DNA of 64,000 bases from IMG/VR virus record IMGVR_UViG_3300045988_067909. The stretch is one strand, 5' to 3'. A program made the position numbers and the translations under genes. The notes beneath the pieces are model-generated. The model was not told where the DNA came from. It worked only from the letters and a program-made list of their open reading frames with translations, and ran no database searches. This document shows, in pieces, positions 58,741-64,000 of the stretch. The DNA comes from a virus. Positions within the stretch are counted from its first letter, which is position 1. The number at the start of each line of letters is the position of its first letter.

Positions 58741-60285
58741 ATGGAAGAAAGAAAATTAAACATGAATATCCGTCTTCATCATTCACCAAATGAATCATGG
58801 AAGACAACTATGGAGATTCTAGATTTAGATAAGCTTCGTATCGAGGGTATATCTAAAGGTAGAGACTTTATCATTTCTGAACCACAAACTGTAAAGAAAG
58901 ATTTAAAGTCAGATTCTTCCATCTTCTCTAGTAAATATGGAGCATCTATATCTGATGATAAAGATGCTTATAAGGATAGATATCGTTGTGAATGTGGTCA
59001 CTATACTGGTAGACTATATAATAACGAAATCTGTCCTTACTGTAATACTAAGGTCAAATATGTAGACGATGACCTTAATATTACTGGTTGGGTTGTATTA
59101 CAAGAGCATGTAATCATCCACCCTAACTTATTTAAGAACCTAGAGAAATTAATCACTCCAGCCGTTCTTAAAGACATCTTGACTCTAGATGTAGAGCTAG
59201 ATGAAAATGGATTCGAAGTATCTAAAGTAAATGAGAAAGTCAGAAAAGAATCTGGTGAGTATCATGGTATTGGTATGATAGAATTCTGTAAAAGAATAGA
59301 TGAGATTATGGAATACTTTGCTCGTAAGAACAAGTCCAAGAAAGATAAGATAGCTAACTATGAGTTGCTACTAAAATATAGGGACAGATTACTTACACAT
59401 TCTATTCCAGTATATTCTCTATTCTTACGTATGGTTAATCTCCAAGGGGATAAGTTCTCCTTTAAAGGAGCTAATGCTATTTACAATAATATCGCTAAAT
59501 ATGCAGCATTAGTAAATGGCAACCGTACAGTAATCCAAGCAAGAGATCAATTTAAAGATGAGGCTCTCTTGAATATTCAATATCTATATGCTGGGTCTAA
59601 TGATTCTTTGTATGATTCTGTCATTGAAGAATTAGCACATAAGAAAGGTGCCATTCAATCTGCATTAGCTGGACGGTATAACTTTACTGGTCGTAATGTA
59701 ATCATTCCAGATGCTACATTACGTATTGATGAGATTAAGCTTCCATATAACTCATTACTAGTTCTATTGGAACAAACTATCATCAATATCCTAGCTAGAT
59801 CTTATAATATCACTTATAGCGATGCTCATAAGAAGTGGTGGAAAGCCCAAACTTATGTAGATCCAGTTATATTAGATATCATCAAAGGTATCATTAAGTC
59901 TTACCCTCGAGGTATTCCATTCATCATCAATCGTAACCCAACTATCAACTATGGTTCTGTGTTACAAATGTATTGTATTGATGTATTGGTAGATTCATTC
60001 ACTATGAGAGTTCCATTACAGGTATTACCTGGTATGAATGCGGACTTTGACGGTGACTGCTTGAATATCACTTATCTTATTAATAAGGAATTCGTAGCTA
60101 GATGTGAAGAGTCTTTGAATCCTAGAAATACTATGATGATTTCTAAGAACAATGGGCGATTCAATTCATTCATGAACTACTTCAAGGATACTATTGTAAA
60201 CTTGAATAGTTTCTGTAATCTAGGTTTCGATACTTATACTAAAGATGAGATAGATGATATCAAAGCTCTAATGGAGGGTAGATAA
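58741..60285 (+). CDS. multisubunit RNA polymerase beta' N-terminal fragment (Zn finger through catalytic NADFDGD)
   Basis: RCECGHYTGRLYNNEICPYC is Cx1Cx12Cx2C, as in beta' C70/C72/C85/C88. LAGRYNFTGRNVIIPD resembles KRVDYSGRSVIVVGP. INRNPTINYGSVLQ resembles LLNRAPTLHRLGIQ. GMNADFDGDCLN holds the absolutely conserved NADFDGD. The ORF ends about 50 aa after it. RBS AGGAGG. Confidence 0.8.
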   Translation: MEERKLNMNIRLHHSPNESWKTTMEILDLDKLRIEGISKGRDFIISEPQTVKKDLKSDSSIFSSKYGASISDDKDAYKDRYRCECGHYTGRLYNNEICPYCNTKVKYVDDDLNITGWVVLQEHVIIHPNLFKNLEKLITPAVLKDILTLDVELDENGFEVSKVNEKVRKESGEYHGIGMIEFCKRIDEIMEYFARKNKSKKDKIANYELLLKYRDRLLTHSIPVYSLFLRMVNLQGDKFSFKGANAIYNNIAKYAALVNGNRTVIQARDQFKDEALLNIQYLYAGSNDSLYDSVIEELAHKKGAIQSALAGRYNFTGRNVIIPDATLRIDEIKLPYNSLLVLLEQTIINILARSYNITYSDAHKKWWKAQTYVDPVILDIIKGIIKSYPRGIPFIINRNPTINYGSVLQMYCIDVLVDSFTMRVPLQVLPGMNADFDGDCLNITYLINKEFVARCEESLNPRNTMMISKNNGRFNSFMNYFKDTIVNLNSFCNLGFDTYTKDEIDDIKALMEGR

Positions 60286-60521
60286 TGTATACTGGAAATA
60301 ACTACTTTGCTGCTAGATCCGAAGTATTACAATTAGGTGAAGCTGTAGTAGTAAAATCTGAGTTACACGATATTGATATTCCATGTCGTGTAGCTTTAAT
60401 TGAGCCGAATGATCCGATGCAAGGTTATAATACATACTATCTTGTATCTGATTATTCTGATTTGAACGATAAATTCGATCCACGCATTGGAGACTTCCAT
60501 TGTGTGATCATTGATAAATAG
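60285..60521 (+). CDS. small hypothetical protein
   Basis: ATGA overlap with the beta' fragment stop; 78 aa. Confidence 0.5.
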   Translation: MYTGNNYFAARSEVLQLGEAVVVKSELHDIDIPCRVALIEPNDPMQGYNTYYLVSDYSDLNDKFDPRIGDFHCVIIDK

Positions 60522-60635
60522 GGGGTTATTATGGGCGGTACTACATACGGTGGCTTCTAATAATTAATATGTATTGGGGTAGTCTTAAGGGCTACCCCAA
60601 ACATTTATATAATTTTTTGTCATTAAGGAGGTATT

Positions 60636-62222
60636 ATGGCTAAGAAACCTTTTTATGAGTACCGTATAGTCACTCCAGTAGGCCCAGATAATGATGGTAA
60701 TATACCTCTGATTGAGCTTGATATAAAACGTGATGATGACCCTGGTATTCATACTATATCTGAAATAAAGAAAGATAGAGAGCAGTTACCTAGGTCTGAT
60801 AAAGATACACCATTGACTACTGATGATGTACAGTTAAAAGTAGAGCCTGGTAAAGACTTTGAAGTGGTTAATAGAGATGTATTAGCTAAGATATATGCAG
60901 ACCCTGATAAGTTTAAACCAATTGATATAGTAGAACGTATGGAGAAGAAGATATATCGTAATCTCTGTGTTCCATCTCATGTACACGCATACTCAGTATG
61001 TGTAGAGTTCTTTAAGAACTATATCTTATCACAGTTTAGTGCATCATTCTTTAAGACAGTCTACATCGAAGGGAAACATCTCTTTGATGATTGGGCTAAA
61101 CTTAATATCAATGATATGATTAAACGTGGTAAACCTGCTATTGCTATTATTCCTCAGTTAGATACAGACTTTAACCGTGATGGTATAGATGCTAATAACT
61201 ATGACTTAACGTATTATGCCAGAACGTTCAACTATAGAGATACATTCTTTAAAGATAGAGAGCGTGATAAGTATATTGCTATAGCATTTGAGCAAATGCT
61301 TATGAACTTCCAAGTACGTATCAAAGTCAATACTAAAGCTAAGCAAATAGATATTATGAAATATCTTAAGATGGCTCTTAAAGTTGGTGCCACATCTGGT
61401 AAGTATCTTGATATGGATATCCATGTACCACAAGAAATGCTACTAGCATTAGCTCAAGATGTAGGATTTGATGTAGATCTAGAGAAGAAAGAAATCAAAG
61501 ACCCATTCAAATTCCTAGTATACTTAAATAGTAAGTCCGAAGTCCCATTCATCTATAAGCTTAGAGCTATTAATGGTAGAAATGAGTTCTTTATTAGAGC
61601 TAAAGCTATGTATACTCATATAGCTACACCAGATATCAATATAGATGATGGTGAGCGCCAAGGACAAGTAAGTTCTAATTACTTTATTGAGTTTACTACA
61701 GAGATTAGAATGCCAGCGCCTAAAGTATATTGCTACTTTACTGCTAAGCACACTAATCTTATTGAGTTTACTGATAACGCTGGTAATATTAAGTCGTATG
61801 TAGCTAACTTTGCGAATGTACCAACATTGAATGAACGTGGTTGGGAACAATTCTTTACATTAGACTATGAAGATAAGAAAGATAAAGTGCTAGAGATTAG
61901 TATTAGCGATATCTTTGATGGTGACCCATATATAAATAAATTAATAAAGTACTGTAAGTCTAAGTTCATTAGTCCATCTGTGTTTATTGACTTTAAGATT
62001 GTCAATAATAATAAGATAGTTGATATAGATGTCAACTGGACTGATATGGTTATCAATACAATCAAACCTGTAGACTTTGAGTATTCAGAGATAGTCGTTT
62101 ATACTGATAAAGCATATATGAATTCTCAATTACTAGCTATGGAACAAGATACAGGCTACCGTGTAGTCTATAATAAAGATCCAGAATCTGAGAACTATCC
62201 TATACATGATAATAGAAATTAA
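60636..62222 (+). CDS. hypothetical protein (528 aa)
   Basis: RBS AAGGAGG; no RNAP or structural motif recognised. Confidence 0.55.
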   Translation: MAKKPFYEYRIVTPVGPDNDGNIPLIELDIKRDDDPGIHTISEIKKDREQLPRSDKDTPLTTDDVQLKVEPGKDFEVVNRDVLAKIYADPDKFKPIDIVERMEKKIYRNLCVPSHVHAYSVCVEFFKNYILSQFSASFFKTVYIEGKHLFDDWAKLNINDMIKRGKPAIAIIPQLDTDFNRDGIDANNYDLTYYARTFNYRDTFFKDRERDKYIAIAFEQMLMNFQVRIKVNTKAKQIDIMKYLKMALKVGATSGKYLDMDIHVPQEMLLALAQDVGFDVDLEKKEIKDPFKFLVYLNSKSEVPFIYKLRAINGRNEFFIRAKAMYTHIATPDINIDDGERQGQVSSNYFIEFTTEIRMPAPKVYCYFTAKHTNLIEFTDNAGNIKSYVANFANVPTLNERGWEQFFTLDYEDKKDKVLEISISDIFDGDPYINKLIKYCKSKFISPSVFIDFKIVNNNKIVDIDVNWTDMVINTIKPVDFEYSEIVVYTDKAYMNSQLLAMEQDTGYRVVYNKDPESENYPIHDNRN

Positions 62223-62228
62223 AGAGTA

Positions 62229-62267
62229 TACCTGGATGGGCAAATCGCTCATCCAGGGTATTTTTTA
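62229..62267 (+). terminator. rho-independent terminator
   Basis: Stem acctggatg/catccagggt with loop ggcaaatcgct, then attttttaatt. Confidence 0.65.
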
Positions 62268-62271
62268 ATTG

Positions 62272-62281
62272 TATATTATAA
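62272..62281 (+). promoter_or_regulatory. TATATTATAA promoter-like motif (ttgTATATTATAAct)
   Basis: Recurring motif directly after the terminator and upstream of 62379. Confidence 0.35.
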
Positions 62282-62378
62282 CTATAAGTACATCCGTACA
62301 TAAAGTTTGTAAAAACTCGTTATACGGATATATATGGTTATTATTTATATTAAATTGTGTTAGAATAGGAGATTAAAA

Positions 62379-63251
62379 ATGCAAGAATCAAACAAATTAA
62401 CTAAAAGTGATGTCATTAGATATCGGGAATTGAAAATAAAATACTTAGATACGAGGGCTCCAAAAGAAGCATATGCTATTCATCTATCTGGTATGACAAC
62501 TAATCAAAAAATTAAGCTATATAGTTATTGGACTAGATATATGAATATGGTTAATACTGTATCTGATAAACCAACGTTCTTAGAAAGAGAACAGGATATG
62601 AAAACTTGTGGTATACAAGAATTAACCACTATGCTATTTACAAGAAAAGCTATCTCTTTAAGACGGTCATCTGGTAATCCATTTCTATTATTACTAAGAC
62701 CAAATATAAAGAAAGAATATGCTGATTGGTTAATGAATATAAGAGAAGAATATGGCGTTCCTAAATCATTATTAAGACCTGTTCGTGGTAGACGTAAATC
62801 CCCATATAGATTATATATCTATCCTGATTATAGTAAGTACTCTAATATATTTGATGTGGCTAAGTCCATTAAAATCTTATACGAATTAGCTAAAGCATAT
62901 GAGAATGGTGAGATATCTAGTGGACAAGACCTAAGACATAAACTATGTGAATTATGTAAAGACATGGGTCATGTACCATCATTCCAAACAGGTACAATAG
63001 TTAAGCTGTATGAGTCTATTAAAGACTATTATAAGTTATATCTCGTCTATGACCAGCTAGGAGACGATTTACTTCTAGGTGAATCTTTTGCTTACTTAAA
63101 CAAAAGATATAAACTAACTAAGATGGGTATTTATAATATAAAGAGTTTATATGCAGCTATAACAATACACGCATCTATAGTTGCATTATACCTTAGAACC
63201 AAAGGTCACTTGATATCTAGAGTATTCAATACCTACTATACACCATTCTAG
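62379..63251 (+). CDS. hypothetical protein
   Basis: RBS TAGGAGAT; 290 aa. Confidence 0.55.
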   Translation: MQESNKLTKSDVIRYRELKIKYLDTRAPKEAYAIHLSGMTTNQKIKLYSYWTRYMNMVNTVSDKPTFLEREQDMKTCGIQELTTMLFTRKAISLRRSSGNPFLLLLRPNIKKEYADWLMNIREEYGVPKSLLRPVRGRRKSPYRLYIYPDYSKYSNIFDVAKSIKILYELAKAYENGEISSGQDLRHKLCELCKDMGHVPSFQTGTIVKLYESIKDYYKLYLVYDQLGDDLLLGESFAYLNKRYKLTKMGIYNIKSLYAAITIHASIVALYLRTKGHLISRVFNTYYTPF

Positions 63252-63262
63252 ACAAAAGAAAT

Positions 63263-63303
63263 CCCAGTATAGTCAATGACTATACTGGGTATTATTTTTT
63301 TTT
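63263..63303 (+). terminator. rho-independent terminator (cccagtatagtcaatgactatactggg family)
   Basis: Same hairpin as 27021 and 47942, followed by a T-run. Confidence 0.7.
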
Positions 63304-63326
63304 GTAAAAGTTCATTATTATAGTTG

Positions 63327-63434
63327 CATACTATAAACGTGTATGGTAGATACAGCTAGTCTCAAGTAGCTGTATCTAAATATAACCATACACTTGTAGG
63401 AGTATATCCTACTTGCCGAAAGGAGGTGACTCCT
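63327..63434 (+). promoter_or_regulatory. promoter motif plus conserved structured 5' leader, copy 3
   Basis: CATACTATAA; hairpin 1 stems identical, loop agtctcaagt; hairpin 2 gtagga-gtata-tcctac, whose stem is changed in a compensatory way relative to copies 1 and 2; AGGAG-gtga-CTCCT at the ATG. Confidence 0.6.
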
Positions 63435-63611
63435 ATGACTGGTGCTCAAATGAGATATTACAATCTCACAGCTGGTCATGAAGCTAATCTTTATTTAAAA
63501 ATAAGATTAGCTCTAGACATTGTACGCAACTACGAGAATGGTAATTCTGAAAACTATTCTCGTAGTGAGTACGATGAATGCTTAAAATTCATTCAAAATC
63601 TAGAACCTTAG
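63435..63611 (+). CDS. small-protein family member (MTGAQMRYYNLTAGHEANLYL...)
   Basis: ATG 8 nt after GGAGG; divergent paralog of 27192. Confidence 0.55.
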   Translation: MTGAQMRYYNLTAGHEANLYLKIRLALDIVRNYENGNSENYSRSEYDECLKFIQNLEP

Positions 63612-63635
63612 ATTTGTGGATGAATGAATAATATA

Positions 63636-63678
63636 CATGGGTAGGTGTTCACTCATCTACCCATGTATTATTTTTTTT
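63636..63678 (+). terminator. rho-independent terminator (identical to 27413)
   Basis: Stem catgggtag/ctacccatg, then tattatttttttt. Confidence 0.7.
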
Positions 63679-63702
63679 ATAAGTAAACTGTTTTACGATT
63701 GT

Positions 63703-63809
63703 ATACTATAATTGTGTATGGTAGATACAGCTGCCTACAATAGCTGTATCTAAATATAACCATACACTTGTAGGATATTAATCCTACTTGCCGAAAGGAG
63801 GTGACTCCT
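63703..63809 (+). promoter_or_regulatory. promoter motif plus conserved structured 5' leader, copy 4
   Basis: TATACTATAA; hairpin 1 loop gcctacaat; hairpin 2 gtaggat-atta-atcctac; AGGAG-gtga-CTCCT at the ATG. Confidence 0.6.
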
Positions 63810-64000
63810 ATGGCACCAAACGGTTGCATAGGTAACTATGCAAATCAACTAGCAGAAAGATCTTCCAATCTAGATTGGCAGATTCGTACTGCTATGAGCC
63901 TAGTGGCTGATCGTTATGCTGACATCAACAGCGTAACGCATCACGAAGCCATAATGGCTTACCGATTCCTTGTATCACAAGGATTCAAATTACCTATAAC
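63810..64000 (+). CDS. small-protein family member, 3' end beyond the window (MAPNGCIGNYANQLAERSSNLDW...)
   Basis: ATG 8 nt after GGAGG; closest paralog of 27192 and 27585; runs off the window end. Confidence 0.55.
   Translation, partial: MAPNGCIGNYANQLAERSSNLDWQIRTAMSLVADRYADINSVTHHEAIMAYRFLVSQGFKLPI

Noticed and set aside
60636-62222. 528-aa ORF as the missing beta' middle segment or a beta subunit fragment
   Set aside because: I could not find any RpoC or RpoB signature motif (for example GEPI, NMQRQAVP, GDKxxxRHGNKG) by eye, so it is left as hypothetical.

Overview
AT-rich window from what looks like a large (probably jumbo) bacteriophage. Genes are densely packed, nearly all on the + strand, with GGAGG-type ribosome-binding sites and frequent ATGA/TAATG start-stop overlaps. 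Roughly in order the window contains: (i) a minus-strand operon of three paralogous tail-fibre/receptor-binding proteins plus a small terminal gene; (ii) an Amidase_3 lysin followed by a 2-TM holin-like gene; (iii) a run of at least six more tail-fibre paralogs built from a shared repeat module (H[IV]TxxERxxWN ... GLMSKEDKxKLDxIExGANxYxHP), three of which end in phage tail-collar domains; (iv) a ~12.6 kb cluster of five radical-SAM/SPASM-type genes, one of them with a degenerate Fe-S motif, interleaved with three large proteins that carry Cx3C 'CQ-ladder' cysteine motifs, the whole cluster sitting inside the fibre module; (v) two fragments of a split multisubunit RNA polymerase beta' subunit, an N-terminal piece with the Zn finger and NADFDGD, and on the minus strand a piece with the bridge helix, the DCGT/Cx6Cx2C Zn site and the first trigger helix; (vi) two secreted trimeric-autotransporter (YadA-like) adhesin genes, the second ending in an SLH domain, which points to a diderm Firmicute (Negativicutes-type) host; (vii) many self-contained cassettes of the form terminator, then a TATA[CT]TATAA promoter-like motif, then gene(s), then terminator. 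Four of these cassettes carry a ~105-nt conserved, apparently structured leader that shows compensatory base changes and a sequestered RBS, in front of a family of small paralogous proteins. No tRNA, rRNA or CRISPR array was found. All functional calls rest on motifs I read by eye; no database search was possible.
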